64,000 bases of DNA, from positions 16,128,001 through 16,192,000 of the forward strand of contig CP086569.2 of assembly GCA_009914755.4 (NCBI GenBank), written 5' to 3'. Both the position numbers and the translations under genes were made by a program. Source of the stretch: the human T2T-CHM13v2.0 reference genome, Homo sapiens. The notes under the pieces were generated by a model. The model saw only the letters and a program-made list of their open reading frames with translations, was not told where the DNA came from and did no database searches. Shown piece after piece: positions 14,849 through 30,150 of the stretch. The first letter of the stretch is position 1, and the number at the start of each line of letters is the position of its first letter.

Positions 14849-15151
14849 AGGCTGAAGGCAGTGGTTCATGCCTGTAATCACAGCACTTTGGAAGGCTGAG
14901 ACAGGAGAATCACTTGAGCCCAGGAGTTTGAGACCAGCCTGGATAACATAGTGTGACATAGTCTCTACAAAAAAAAAAAAAAAAATTTAATCAGCCAGAC
15001 ATGGTAGTATGCATCTATGGTCCCAGATACTTAGGAGACTGAAATGGGAGGATCTCTTAAACCACGGGAGTTGAGGCTGCAGTGAGCTGTGATGGCGTCA
15101 CCACATGCCATCCTAGGCACAAAGTGATATCCTTCTCAAAACAAAGAAAGA
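14849..15151 (+). mobile_element. Alu SINE (AluJ-like), sense
   Basis: gaggctgaaggcagtggttcatgcctgtaatcacagcactttggaaggctgagacaggagaatcacttgagcccaggagtttgagaccagcctggataac ... A16 linker ... gcatctatggtcccagatacttaggagactgaaatgggaggatc. Target-site duplication (g)aaatgaaac at 14836-14843 and 15152-15159. Confidence 0.88.
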
Positions 15152-15761
15152 AATGAAACTAAGCATTAAAAATAAGCGTATCCTTGGCTCAGTTAGCAAC
15201 TAGAACAGACATTTTGCAAAGCATTCTTAATGTAAGTAAGGCAATATTAGATGATGGGTCATGTCATTACATGACAAAGACCTGACATGGATTTTCTACC
15301 ATGTTTCTAGTCAATCCTAGTGCAGTAGATGGAGACATACAGACACAATTCTAGAGTAGTGTCCATCACCTGTAGTAAGGCAGAGCCCCCTCAGAACCAA
15401 CTGGCTCTGTACAGACAAATCATGGGCAAGATGGCAGCCAAATCACTATAGTTGCTCTGGGCAATGTTGAAGAGACCTGCCCCATCAACGTGGGGGTGGC
15501 AATCAGAAAGACATGATGAAATACAGAATCTAGACATGTAGCACAGCCTTCCACCATAGTGATGAAATTGCTGCACATGTAGGATATGATCACTGGCTAA
15601 GTGCCTGGTTCCAAATACAAGCAGAGATTCCAGGTGGAGATATGAAACCACAAATAGCCCCTGGCCCTGCAAAAATGTTCACTCCTGCTAATCAGAGGAC
15701 AGATTCTATGAAATGTCAGCCTGATTCTTGGCTGTGAGCTTCCCTACTTAAACAGTCTCTG

Positions 15762-16089
<328 letters not shown>

Positions 16090-16379
16090 AGTCTCTGACA
16101 AATATGGCATTCCACATTATAAAAGGAAATTTTAGAAATACATATATCTTGTCATTTCATGGGAGCCTAAAGAGTCAGCTGTTCTCTTGTTTTCCTGGGT
16201 CATAATTTGGTTTCTGTGCAATCAGCCTAATTACATATTTCAGCGCCTTTAGGAACTGTAGTGGGAGTCCACACAAGTGGGACATTTTCCTTTATTTTTC
16301 ATTGGTTTACTTGTTGATACTTTCTCTAGTCAAGTTTTTTGTGCTTCATCTGTTATGCCATGAATCTATAGAAAGTAGA

Positions 16380-16640
16380 TTCTAACACCAAGCATCTTAC
16401 AGTTGGTTCTCATGAAGAGTTCTCTGCAGAGAGCAGAGATTTTCAACTTTGACATTGGTGACATTTGGGCCCACATAATCTTTGGCTTATAAGGAGCTGT
16501 CCTGTGCATTGTAAGATGTTTAACAGCACCTTGACCTCTACCCACCAGATGCCAGTAGCACCTCTCCCCATGTAGTGCAAACCAAAAATGATTCCAGATA
16601 TGGTCAGATGTCCAGATATGGTCAGAAGGCAAAAATCACC
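16380..16640. mobile_element. Old L1M (L1MC/D/E-like) 3'-end fragment
   Basis: Motif run ggagctgtcctgtgcattgtaagatgtttaacagcaccttgacctctacccaccagatgccagtagcacc ... caaaccaaaaatgattccagat ... ggcaaaaatcacctttggttgggaagcactg matches the frequent old-L1 3'-end motif (...gctgtcctgtgcattgtaggatgtttagcagcatccctggcctctacccactagatgccagtagcacc...gacaaccaaaaatgtctccagacattgccaaatgtcccctggggggcaaaatcgcccc.ggttgagaaccactg). Orientation and exact subfamily were not resolved. Confidence 0.5.
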
Positions 16641-18920
16641 TTTGGTTGGGAAGCACTGGCATTGAGTACGTTGGCATTTAGTCTGTAGGTAATTTTCCCT
16701 GTTGCTTTCACGGTTTTATTCTAATCCTGTCCTATGCCTTAAGACACATTCCCCAACTCTAGGATAGCTGAATATGCAACATAGTTACATGAATTCTGTT
16801 GGCAAAAGTACTGGCCTTATTGTGTTTGTTTATAACGATGCCGCCAACAAGCTCTGAGGCATTATGGACGCTTCTCATTCGCCATGGCAACATTGAGCAG
16901 TGCTCGCTAACAGTCTGCAACAGTCTGCATGCACTTGATATTGACCATGGCACCCTAGTTGTCAGTTCAGAGGGAAGTGGCCAAAAGCACATTGCCGTGT
17001 TGACAGAACCTTCCCTCTTCTTCTCCTTGTGTTGCTGATGATTTTTCTTTATTGATATTATTTATTTAGGTCTTTTTCTTTAAAGTGAATTGCTGGAGGT
17101 TGGCAGATCCAACTGTGGGGCAACACCACATTTCTACAAAGTATTCAGGACCAGAGTCAAGACACTACCCATGTCAGCTAACTTGTATATATAAAGGAAG
17201 AGTGCTGACATTTGCTCAGTTGTCCCTCTCTTCTTGACTGGGAATGAATTTGTCCCCTCCTGTCTGTCAACCACGCTCTGAGTTGAGCACCAAGGTCTGA
17301 TTTTTCTCTTAGCCCTAGAGACTCTGTCCAGCCTCAATCCACTGGAGTTTTATGGCCTGAATATGATGTTGATGTGAAGAACAAACCTCAGCCGCTGGGC
17401 AAGGTAGATCTCACATTTCCAGATTGCCAAGAAGTTGGTGGAAGACATTGCTCCAGTTAAACTAGGCACTCTGCTCATATTTCTCTAGGTAATATTCATG
17501 GGAATCTATTTCTACCAATACAGAATGCATTCTATCTGCACTCGGTGGTAGTTTTGGTTTTAGGCAACGATGCTTTCTTGTTTATTCTTTTATCAATTAA
17601 ATATCCAAAGTCAGGAAAGACAGACCCTTTTTGCAAAGCCACAGGTTTAAAATCAGTCCAAGGTTTCAAAATCTGGTAAGTTTTTCCCTTGAGGCAGGCA
17701 CACGTCATGGACAAAAAGATACCTGTTTTCTTCTTAAACTTATTCTCCCTTATTTTTAACATGGAGATTTTTAAACCTGTGGGACATTTCGTTATAAAAT
17801 TACCATCAAATTAATAAGTATCGCTACCACCCACACTTGTCGTATGGTAATGATTTAGGATTATTAGCAGATTAGACTTAAATACATTTTAATGGAAAAA
17901 TAAGATTGAGGCTGAGCTTGATTCATATTGTAAGGTCATGGATTACATAATTCTTACTATGTGTAGATGAGAATAGCTGTAGTAAACCTAGGTCTCTACC
18001 ACCACCTAGGTCTATGATCAAATGTAAGTTAGTTTTTGCTTTTTTTTTTCCTCCAGGACCCAGTTCCTTCATTTCAATATTGGACTACAGCCAGTTCTAA
18101 CCCCCTATCATTGTTTAGATGATTCAATGAGATAGGGCATGTCAAGTGCCTAGGATGGCACATGGTATGGGATGGATTTGTATAAACCCTGTGGAATTAG
18201 CATTATTCCTGTAGGATCTTATTCCCTTTTCCTTCACAATCTCTCCCCTGCATGGCATGAAAGACAAGGGACTTACAGTCTGTAGAGGATCTACCCTGAT
18301 GGTTTTCATGACAAAGAATGTGCAAAGTATCTAGCAGTTACCTGGCTCCACTAAGAATAGGGCCCTGGCATTCTTCCTCATTTACAACCTCTTTGACACT
18401 ATATTCTGAGCCCTTTGTGAATACTTAGTCTATTTCCTTTATACATCCCACACCCCAGTGCTTAATGCTGACAGTGCTATTTCTTCTCTGGCTTGAAGCC
18501 CTATCCTCCTTCATTAATTATAGCTCATTCAGGGCCACCACAAGTGGTATGCTCACATAGGGCTGCAACCTTGTCATTTCTAGTATTTAAAACAGTGTCC
18601 TTTACAAAATGGGCATTCAGTGAAGAGCAGCCAGGAAAATCAATAGATACGGAATGTAAAAAAAAAAAAATCCTAATAGGATTTTTCTTGGGGAACTGGA
18701 TTGAGATGCTAAATGGGTTTGGAATGAAAGCAAGCCACCCAACATAGAAGCTCTGTTGCCTTCTCTTCAGTGCTGTGGTGATGGTAGGTCGTCTTCACCA
18801 GAAGAGGAACAATTACATTACTGAGATTACCTGGGATATAAGGGAAGTCCTTGTATGACTTTTATGAGTCAAATGAGAGTATTTTCAAGAAAAGGCAAGC
18901 CATTTATTCTTCCTGCACCT

Positions 18921-19229
18921 GGCCAGGTGCGGTGGTTTACACCTGTAGTCCAGCCACAGGCATGGGAGTCTGAGATGCATGGATGGCTTTGAGGCCAGGA
19001 GTTCGAGACCAGAGTAAGCAGCATGGCAAAACCCCATCTCTGCAAAAAGTGCAAAAGTTAGCTGGGTGAAGTGGCATATGCCTGTAGTCCCACCTACTCC
19101 AGAGGCTGAGGGGGGAGGGTCGATTGAGTCAGAGAGATTGAAACTGCAGTGAGCTGAGATCACACCACTGCACTCCAGCCTGGGACACAGAGCGGATCTT
19201 ATATCAAAAAATATATAAAATAAAATAAA
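18921..19229 (+). mobile_element. Alu SINE (AluJ-like), sense
   Basis: ggccaggtgcggtggtttacacctgtagtccagcca ... gcaaaaccccatctctgcaaaaagtgcaaaagttagctgggtgaagtggcatatgcctgtagtcccacctactccagaggctgagg ... gcactccagcctgggacacagagcggatc. About 18-21 bp target-site duplication (a)gccatt(tat)tcttcctgcacct at 18899-18920 and 19230-19247. Confidence 0.9.
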
Positions 19230-20201
19230 GCCATTCTTCCTGCACCTATGATAAGAGAATCTTGACCCAATGGTCAAGGTATAGGATTTAATGTATGTTA
19301 AAGATAAACTTATTTTTAAATGTCTTCAGACTGGTTCAGTTTTCTTTTGAAAACATCATACTCACAACATTGAGGGATTACCTGATGCCCAAGATGTTAA
19401 AAATTAAATCAATCAGTGGCTTTGAAAGTTCACTTTTTACCTTCATTTGCATTATTATAATGAATATATTTCAACATTTTTTCTCCTGTTGGCTGAGAAT
19501 AGAACTTCAAAAAATGTCATACATGACAAAGATTGTTGGGAGGGCGAGGAGAAAAGAGAATGAATGAGTGAGGAAATGAGTGAAGGATTTCTGAAAATAA
19601 ATGACAAACATCTCTGAATGTAGTAAACAGATGACAGGCAGAAGAAATAAATTTCAAAATAAGAAAAATGAATCCTTAAAATAGCAGAAGAAAGAACTGG
19701 CTTGAGAATAGTTTTTTAAAGAAGAGTATGTTTTAATATAATGTTTCTTATTATAAAAATAATTCTTCTTGTAAAGCATTTAGCAAACATAGAAAAGCAC
19801 ACAGGTGGAGTCAAAATCATTCAGAGGCCACCCTGGAGAACACCACTGAAAAACAACTAGCAATTAATTAGAAATTTTAATAAAATGGCTAAATATAAAA
19901 TAAATATAATAAAAACACTTTAATGCTTTTGGATATTTATTTCTAGTTCCCCTTATATTCCTTTATTTTTTTAAAATGAGGGCATACTCTAAAAATAATT
20001 TTAGGTTCTACTGTTTTTCATTCAATATTATATTGTGAGCATTTTCCTATGTAAAATAACATTTGAAAATATTATTTTAGTAGCTATGCCAGTATTAACA
20101 AACCACAGCCCATGGTCAAACACTGTCTCACTGCCCATGAGTAAGTATGGCTTTTACATGTTGAAGTTGCTTTTAAAAATAAAAATAAAAAATAATATTT
20201 T

Positions 20202-20470
20202 GGCCAGGCACAATGGCTTATCCCTATAATCCCAGCACTTTTGGAGGCTGAGATGGGTGGATCACTTGAGGACAGGATCCACTGGATCATTCGAGACCAG
20301 TCTGGCCAGCATGGCAAAACCCCATCTCTACTAAAAATAAGAAAATTAGCCAGGCTTGGTGATGTGTACCTGTGGTCCCCATTACTCAGGAGGTTAAGAT
20401 GGGAGAATTGCTTGAACCTAGAAGATGGAGGTTGCAGTGAGCACAGATTGTACCTTGTCTTTAAAAAAAA
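20202..20470 (+). mobile_element. Alu SINE, sense, rearranged (internal insertion gatccactggatcatt; 3' arm partly deleted)
   Basis: ggccaggcacaatggcttatccctataatcccagcacttttggaggctgagatgggtggatcacttgagg ... ccagtctggccagcatggcaaaaccccatctctactaaaaataagaaaattagccaggcttggtgatgtgtacctgtggtcccc ... ggaggttgcagtgagcacagattgtacc. Confidence 0.8.
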
Positions 20471-21879
20471 ACTTCATGACACCTTAAAATTATATGAAAT
20501 TCAAATTTAAAGGAAATTTTATTAGAGCACAAACACACCTATTTATTTCTATATTATTGATTATTGCTGCTTTTGAGATGCAAGGGTAGAACTGAATAAT
20601 TGTGAGAGAGAACATAGGTCCCTCAAAGCCTAAAATAGTCACTATTTAGTCTCTTACAGAAAGTATCCTAACCCCAGACTATGTAACAACATGACCTCTG
20701 TTTATATCAAAGCTTGGTTAAACGCTTCCCTATCATTGAGCACCATGGAGTTTTTGTTGTTTTTGCTGTTTTAAATAACATTGTTGTGAATGTTCTTGAC
20801 TTAAATTATGGTTGACATCTGTGAATATTTTTCTAAGTAATTAATTATGGATCAATGGTCATGGACATTTTTATACCTCTGGATGTATTATCCTTTAGAA
20901 AGGCAGAATGGTGTGATACCATGTTTCAACAGCAAGAGTGTTTACAAGAAAGTGGGGTTCTGAACTGGACCATGATGTTTTCCTACGTAGAGACTTATGT
21001 TTTCAAACAACACACAACTAAACATTATTGGCTCATGTCTTTCTCTTTCTAGAATTCTTTCAACTCTTTATCATGGTATTGGGAGTTAGAAAATAAATCA
21101 TATCTTGCTTGTCTCACCCATCGAAAGTGTAGCAAAATTTCCATCTTCATATCCAGCAGGGATTTTAACTCAGAAAATTATCCCTTGGCTTGTCTGACCT
21201 TCGGAGATTAATCAAACTAGGCAGACATCAGGAAATAGGATGGTAAAGGCAGAGAGATCCCTGCTAAATCGACATAGAATTAGATAAGCAGGGGGCAAGG
21301 CAGAGGACACCCCATTGTGGTCTTGGCAGCCCAGGTTATAAATAATTTAAATTTCGGTGCAAGGCAGCTGTTGAAATGGGATATCAGAAACAATATCAGG
21401 CCACCCTGGACATAATCATGGTCTCATGAATTTGCTGAGTGAAAATGGCTTATTGGCCATGTGGGTTTCTTCTGTCAGTTCCCCATCTTTCTACTGTGGG
21501 AGTTTATCATGTTGGCCTTGCTTTGTAAGATTTCTTTACATTTTAAGAATATAAACACTTGTCTACAAGTGCAATGTATGTAGAGTTTCTATGTATTTTC
21601 CATGGGTTTTTGATATGTATGGCTTGCATGTCAGAAACGTGGGTTAAACAAGGCTAGTTGGGCCCTTAAATCCAGGACTTCTCAAAGCCTTAAGTATGAT
21701 ACATTGAATGTGAATCAGCAGGTGACAAATTTAAATGTAACATTTATCAAAATCATTGACTATGGGCATGTTTGTTTACTAGGCATATTTCAGAATATTC
21801 CTGAATCTGTTTTGTAACTAAAATTTGGGCATCTGTTGTAGGAAGTAAGAAATCTACAAGGAACATATTTAAAAATACT

Positions 21880-23700
<1,821 letters not shown>

Positions 23701-24058
23701 CTGTAACCATGATGTAGAATATTTCCATCCACACAAAGATCTCTCATGTTGTCCTTTTAAAGCCATACTCACCTTCCTCCTGCCTTTCCCTCCTTAATTT
23801 TCAGCACCCAGTAATTTGTTCTCCAATTCTACAGTACTGCCATTTCAAGGACAATTATGTAAATGTGTACTAAAACACACAGGATTCATCTGTATTCTTT
23901 CTTACAACTACATGATTATAATTATATCAAAATAAAATGTTTAATTAAAATAAGAAAGAATAAAGCTATCAGCAACAACAGCAACCCAAAAAGGACCTTT
24001 AGTGAGATGAACAAATGTACCTGTCACATTCATTAAAATGGTTTATACCATTTTTTTT

Positions 24059-24345
24059 TCTTTTTTTGAGACGGAGTCTGTCTCTGTCTCCAGGCTGGAG
24101 TACAGTGGTGTGAACTCAGCTAACTGCAACCTCGGACTTCCTCATTTAAGCAATTCTCCTGACTTAGCCTCCAGAGTAGCTGGGATTACAGGCATGTCTC
24201 ACCACACCCAGCTAATTTTTGTATTTTTAGTAGAGACAGGATTTCACCATGTTGGCCAGTAGGGTCTCAATCTCCTGACCACGTGATCCACCCACCTTGG
24301 CCTCCCAATGTGCTGGGATTACAAGTATGAGCCACCACACCCAGC
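24059..24345 (-). mobile_element. Alu SINE (AluS-like), antisense
   Basis: tttttttgagacggagtctgtctctgtctccaggctggagtacagtggtgtgaactcagctaactgcaacctcgg ... gtatgagccaccacacccagc. Target-site duplication ataccattttttt at 24045-24058 and 24346-24359. Confidence 0.9.
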
Positions 24346-26375
24346 ATACCATTTTTTTTAAACTGTAAGAGGTAATGGCAATTTGATCAGTAATTTGAAA
24401 GATTTTTCTTAACTGTATTTTCCATATTTTGAAAGATGACATTCATAACTAGAAAAATTATACCCCAGTGCATTGAGTAGGCCCAGCCTTATAAGGCAGT
24501 GGAATTATTTATCTTAGCTAAGCTAGTGATACACCAAGAAACTGGTCAACAGTGATGTGCAATTGTCCACTGTTAACAAGTGGAGAGCCACCACCCTTAT
24601 TGTTTGTAAAGCACCTGCCAGAGGAAGGGCTCATGCATGTTAGTGTTGCCATTTTTAATTTCCTGCTTTGTTACAGCAATAGTTCATTAATGAGGCTGTG
24701 CAACATCCTGAATGGAGACCTCAGAGGAGGAGAACTACTTTCTATTTTATCTTCCTCATTAGTCGCTGGTGAATGTGGAATACACAGCCATACATGGTCT
24801 CCCTTTGTTCTTAATGAAGACCTAGGCTGATCCCAATTCACCCTGCATAGCAGGTACCCTTTGCCCACGATGGGATATAGCAGCAGTCATTTCACACTTA
24901 GCCAGGAAACAAATGGACTTAGGAAGAGCTTCCACAATACAGGAGTATGTTAGAAATCAGTGAAGAAACATTCAAATTTGCTTAAAGCTCTCTTTCATAA
25001 TGGAGTGAGCTCCTTGGAGAATGAGGAATGGGATACAAGTATTATTGGTTTAAGCCTTTAAGAAACTTTACATTGAGCCCCTCTCCAGGTTTCCATGACC
25101 ATCTGCAACCATCTTTGTCAGCAATTAACCTGCATTTGTGCTTTAAAGCAAATTAATTTCAAACTCCATCAGTTCCTTGGTTCTCATCTCAATCTATTCC
25201 AAATCTGCCATGTCTCTGTGACTGCTGCACATATTGGAGTTCTGGGGTTTGCAAAGCCCTTCCAGCTCTTTCATTTCCCATTTGTGAATATTCCTCTTTG
25301 TGAATATCTCTTTCAGAGCATGTCTGCAACTCAAACTAGTAGTCATTTGTCTCTCACACATTAGACCATTCTAAAGGCAAGAACATTTTTCCTCATCTTT
25401 CTAGCCCTTATCTTGCCTTCCACATAATAGAATCTCAAAGAATTGGGTTGTAAAAGTTAAGAAAACTCAATAGTTACCTGTTGGCTTGTGTTTTTTTTTG
25501 TGTGTGTGACATCAAAAATGGATCTAGTATCATTCTTCTTCCGTATTAAACTCTCCTGATCATAAGATGTATGCTGAAATGAGCTGATATTACAGAATTA
25601 CTCAACGCCAGAGATTCACAGACTTTTCTGCAAAGGCCCAGACATTTTAGTCCTTTCTGGTCTCTGTTGCAAACATTCATTTCTGCCATTGTTGCATGAA
25701 AGGAGCTGTAGACAATCTGTAAATGAATAGATGAAGTTGCATGTCAACGAAACTTTATTGATAAAACCAGTTGCTATAGGTTGAATTTGTCCCTCAGGTT
25801 GTAGTTTTCCAACCTCTCTAAACCCTTAACAGAAAGGTCTTGCACCATCCTGATGATGCAGAAACAAATGAAAGGTGGATGGAAACTACCCTGACCTTTG
25901 TTTTCTATTCAGGAAATTAAACCACAGGTGTTATTGTTTTTTTTAAAAAAAATGTTGTGCACAATGCCTTGTATCCTAACTACAGTGAACACCATTCCTC
26001 TTGCATTCATTTGCTTTTGTCTTCTCATTTATTACCACAATTTGTTTGTGAATCATTTGTCTTACTCAACAGTTAAATCTAGGGAAATAAGATTAACCAA
26101 ATTCAGAAATGTGGGCTTGGGCTAAAAGTTCTTTTTTTTCCTATATTACAATGAAAGAAATTTTTCCTTGGTTTTCAAAAATTATTATGTTAATCAATTC
26201 ATGTCTTTAGCAGGTGTGAAAGCTAAGGTTTAAGGGGCTATAAGCAGAGTCAGCATCTCATCTACAAACTCATATTAACAGATTGAGACACAGAACACAG
26301 AAAATCATTCTTCATCATCTCAATACTAAAACCATACTCATCTTTCACCTCTAAGGTCCCCTGTCCAAGAAGCAA

Positions 26376-26500
26376 ACAAACAACAACAACAAAAAAAAAC
26401 AAAGAAAGCTGTAGTGAGCTATGATCAGACCACTGCACTCCAGCCAAGGTGACACAGTGGGACCCCATCTCAAAGTAACAAACAAACAAAAAAGACAAGT
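26376..26500 (+). mobile_element. Alu 3'-arm fragment with adjoining (CAA)n/A-rich tract
   Basis: caaacaacaacaacaaaaaaaaacaaagaaagctgtagtgagctatgatcagaccactgcactccagccaaggtgacacagtgggaccccatctcaaagtaacaaacaaacaaaaaa. Confidence 0.7.
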
Positions 26501-27432
26501 CCATTGATCTGACTAGAAGGGCAGTAGTTGAAACTCTTTCCATAAGTTCGTAAGCTTTCTTTTTCATCTGGATAGTTTTCTTTAGTACAGTAGTTAAGTC
26601 ATCTCAGAATGTATTTGAAAATCACATCTTAAAGTTTTTCTCAGACATTAGTTGAGAAAATGTAACCTGGAAAATTTCAATGGGAAAGTTCATAGTGTTT
26701 TGAGATGAGTGGAAAGTTGGGAATTTCTCAGGAACATGCTCCATGTTGGTTGTGCTATCTCGGTTTTTCAGGTTACCCTGACTCTGAGGATGAAACTTCA
26801 AAATCTTCTTGGTCTACAGTGAAAAAGAGCCATGCTGTCAGGGAACTCTGCCTCTTTTCCACATTTTCTCTTTTTTTGTGATGCAGGTTTCAATGAAATC
26901 CACTGATTCACACTCCATCTCTTTGGGTACTGAAATTTGGAGTCACTCTTAAAGTTTCACCAAATTCAAGATAATTTCTAACATTTAGTTGAGACTAGGT
27001 GGCCCTAGAAGATCCTGGAGCAGCATTTTCCACATTGTGCTTTGCAGATCACTAGAGACCCTCAGGGTCATGAAGTGGTCCTTCAAAAGGAGTTTCCTTT
27101 TTCAAATAGTTTGGGATGTGATTGCATAGCAAAGCAGACAATACTCAGTGCAGAGTTGCTGGGTCCAGGTTGGGGAGGAGACAGAACTCAACCCCAGAGG
27201 CAAAGTTTGGTCATGGGACCAAGTTGAGGCATAGCTAAAACAGGGCCAAGGCAGAAGCAGGTTTCCATCAGGCATGTCCACCAGTGTGCCATGTCAGTTA
27301 CCATTGTCACAGCAACATCCAGGAGTTTCCACCCTTTTCCATGGCAATGTCCCAGTGACCCAAAATTTACTACCCCTTCCGTGAAATGTCTGCACAAACT
27401 GCCCTTTAATCTTCAGGAAATTAAAAGCAGCT

Positions 27433-27741
27433 ATGAGCTAGGCACAATGGCTTACACCTGTAATCCTAGCACTTAAGGAGCTTAAGGTGTGCAGATCACT
27501 TGAGGTCAGGAGTTTGAGACCAGCCTGGGCAACATGGTGAAACCCTGTCTCTACTAAAAATACAAAAATTTGCTGGGTGTGGTGGCAGGCATCTGTAATT
27601 CCAGCTACTTGGGAGTCTAAGGCAGGAGAATCATTTGAACTGGGGAGGAGGAGTTTGCAGTTAGCTGAGATTGTGCCACTCACTCCAGCCTGGACCACAG
27701 GGTGAGACTCCATCTCAAAAAAAAAAAAAAAAAAAAAAAAA
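27433..27741 (+). mobile_element. Alu SINE (AluS-like), sense, A25 tail
   Basis: gagctaggcacaatggcttacacctgtaatcctagcacttaaggag ... gatcacttgaggtcaggagtttgagaccagcctgggcaacatggtgaaaccctgtctctactaaaaatacaaaaatttgctgggtgtggtggcaggcatctgtaattccagctacttgggag ... ccagcctggaccacagggtgagactccatctc, then 25 A. Confidence 0.9.
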
Positions 27742-28559
27742 GTGGAGGGTATAAATGTAACACACTCTGGCTACGGGCTTATCCTATTCTGCAGGAAAAG
27801 TCACAAAGCTGTAACACAGCTGGAGCTGTAACATTGCCTCTTCAGTAAAGCTGTTTTCCTCCACCTGCGGCTTGTCCTTCAATTCTTCCCAGAGCAAAGC
27901 AAAGAACCCACAAGGAATAAGCCCTACTTTGTGGCTCTCCTGCCCTGCATCATGGGAACTTCTCAAAGATGCAGAGAGATCCTGAAAAATATGACCATGT
28001 TTAACTTTCTTCCAACCAATATCTCCTAAGCCACTGGAACAACACAAGCCATTTGTCTCAGGATGTTCAATAGTACCTCAGCAAGACCAGTGTTTCCTAA
28101 AACACGATAATGGAAAGGCTGCATAACCTCTCCAGTGCTTCTGAAGCTTTGATGCCTATGTCAATGCCTATGTCACGAGGATCTTATGAAAAGGTGGGTC
28201 TGAGTTAGGAAGTCTAGAGTGGGGCTGGAGAGTCTCTGCTTCTGACAAAATCCAAGGTGGGGTTGATGTAGCTAGTTCATGGACACAGAGTTAGTGAAGT
28301 GCTAAGAATCCACCCACTGAAATTGCTCTTTTGCTTCATTGAATCATACCAAGTAAACACACAATGTTGCTCAGCCTTTGTGGCTATTGTCTGAAATCCC
28401 ACCAGGCCTGAGGCTTTAAGTCAAGCCCCAGCTTTCCAGCTGCACATTAGCATCATTTTGAAAGCTTTATAAAAAGCTGAATGACTGATGTCAAAATTAT
28501 GATACTGAAATCTCTTGAGATTCTAGACATTTCAAAATATTGAGACAAAATGTACATAA

Positions 28560-29040
28560 CATTCAATGAACTATTTTAGAGTGTATAATTAAATGGCTTC
28601 TAGTACTTTCACAATGTTGTGCAACCATTATCGCTTTTTTCTTACCCCCAAAAGGAAACCCAGTACCTGTTAGCAGTCATTCCTTATTCCCTGTTCCCAT
28701 CCTCAGACCCCAGCAACCACTAATTTACTTCCTGTGTCTATGGCTTTTCTTATTCTGAATATTTCATATAAATAGAGTGATACAATATATGGTCTTTTGT
28801 GCCTAGCTTATTTCACTTAATCTAGCTGTTTCACTTAATCTGTATTGTAGCATATACCAGTAGTTTATTTCTGTTTATGGCTGGATACTATTAAACTCTA
28901 TAGATACACCACATTTGTTTATCCACTACTCTGTTGATATACATTTGGTTGTTTCCAAATGTGATTATTGTGAAGAGTCCTGATATTAGTATTCAAACAA
29001 CAGAAGCTGTTTGTCTTTACATGTCTTCGGACACCTGTTT
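28560..29040 (-). mobile_element. Ancient L1M 3' end (3' UTR and ORF2 C-terminus), antisense
   Basis: Antisense L1M 3' UTR (gttgtgcaaccattatcgcttttttcttacccccaaaaggaaacccagtacctgttagcagtcattcc) followed by antisense ORF2-end motifs (ctgttgatatacatttggttgtttccaaatgtgattattgtgaagag). Confidence 0.65.
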
Positions 29041-29050
29041 TTAAAATTTA

Positions 29051-29135
29051 GGGGCATAGATAGATAGATAGATAATAGATGTGTGTGTGTACATATACAT
29101 ACACACATAAACACACACACACACACACACACATA
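29051..29135. repeat. compound microsatellite (TAGA)n-(TG)n-(CA)n
   Basis: atagatagatagatagataatagatgtgtgtgtgtacatatacatacacacataaacacacacacacacacacacacatat. Confidence 0.9.
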
Positions 29136-29845
29136 TTCATGGATGCCTGGGAGTGTAATTTCTGGTTCATATCGTACCATAGACTGAATGTCTCTGTCCT
29201 CCCAAAAGTCATACATACATTGAGATTTCAACCCCGAAGATAGAGCCATAAGAGGTGATTACGTCTTTGGGACGTGATCTAGGTGATGAGGGTGGAGGTG
29301 ATGAGGGGTGATGAGGGAGCCCTTATGAATGGCATTAGTGTCCTTATGAAAAAGGCCCCAGAGAGCTCCCTCACCTCTTCCACCATGTGCCTTCTCCACC
29401 ACACAGCGAGAAGACCCCATCTATGAACCAGGAAGCGGGTTCTCACCAGGCACTGGATCTGCTGGTGTCTTGATCTTTGAGCCTCCAGAGCTGTAAGATG
29501 GAAATGTCTATTGTTTATAAGCCACCCAGCCTATGGCATTTTGTTATGGCAGCCAGAGAGGACTAAGACGTACGGTAACTCCATTTTCACCTTACTGAGG
29601 AAATGACAAACCCTTTTTTCATGGTGACTGTGCCATTTTACATTCTCACTGGAGAATGTCACTGGACATTTATACCTTTTTAAAGGTTCCCCATTGAGTG
29701 CAATCAACAGCCATTGTGGACCACACTGCCCTGCAAGCAAGGACGACCTTGCTCACACACTGAAAACACATGTATTTAATTCAATGGGGTGCCTGAACCA
29801 ATAGCATCAACATTACCTAGGAACTTGTTAGAAACACAGTTTCTA

Positions 29846-30150
29846 GGCCCAGCACAGTGGTTCACACTTGTAATCTAAGCACCTTGGAAGGCTGAGTTGG
29901 TCAGATTATTTGAGATCAGGAGTTTGAGAGCAGCCTGGTCAACATGACAAAAGCCTATCTCCAATAAAGATACAAAAATTAGCCAGGCATGGTGGGGAGC
30001 CTGTAGTCCCAGGCAGTTGGGAGGCTGAGGCAGGAGAATGGCTTGAACCTGGAGACATAGGTTGCAATGAGCTGAGATTGTGCCACTGCAATCCAGTCTA
30101 GCCAACAGAGCAAGACTCCTTCTCAAAACAAAACAAAACAACAACAACAA
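29846..30150 (+). mobile_element. Alu SINE (AluS-like), sense
   Basis: ggcccagcacagtggttcacacttgtaatctaagcaccttggaaggctgag...gagatcaggagtttgagagcagcctggtcaacatgacaaaagcctatctccaataaagatacaaaaattagccaggcatggtgg ... gccactgcaatccagtctagccaacagagcaagactccttctc. Possible target-site duplication aca(g/a)tttct. Confidence 0.88.
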
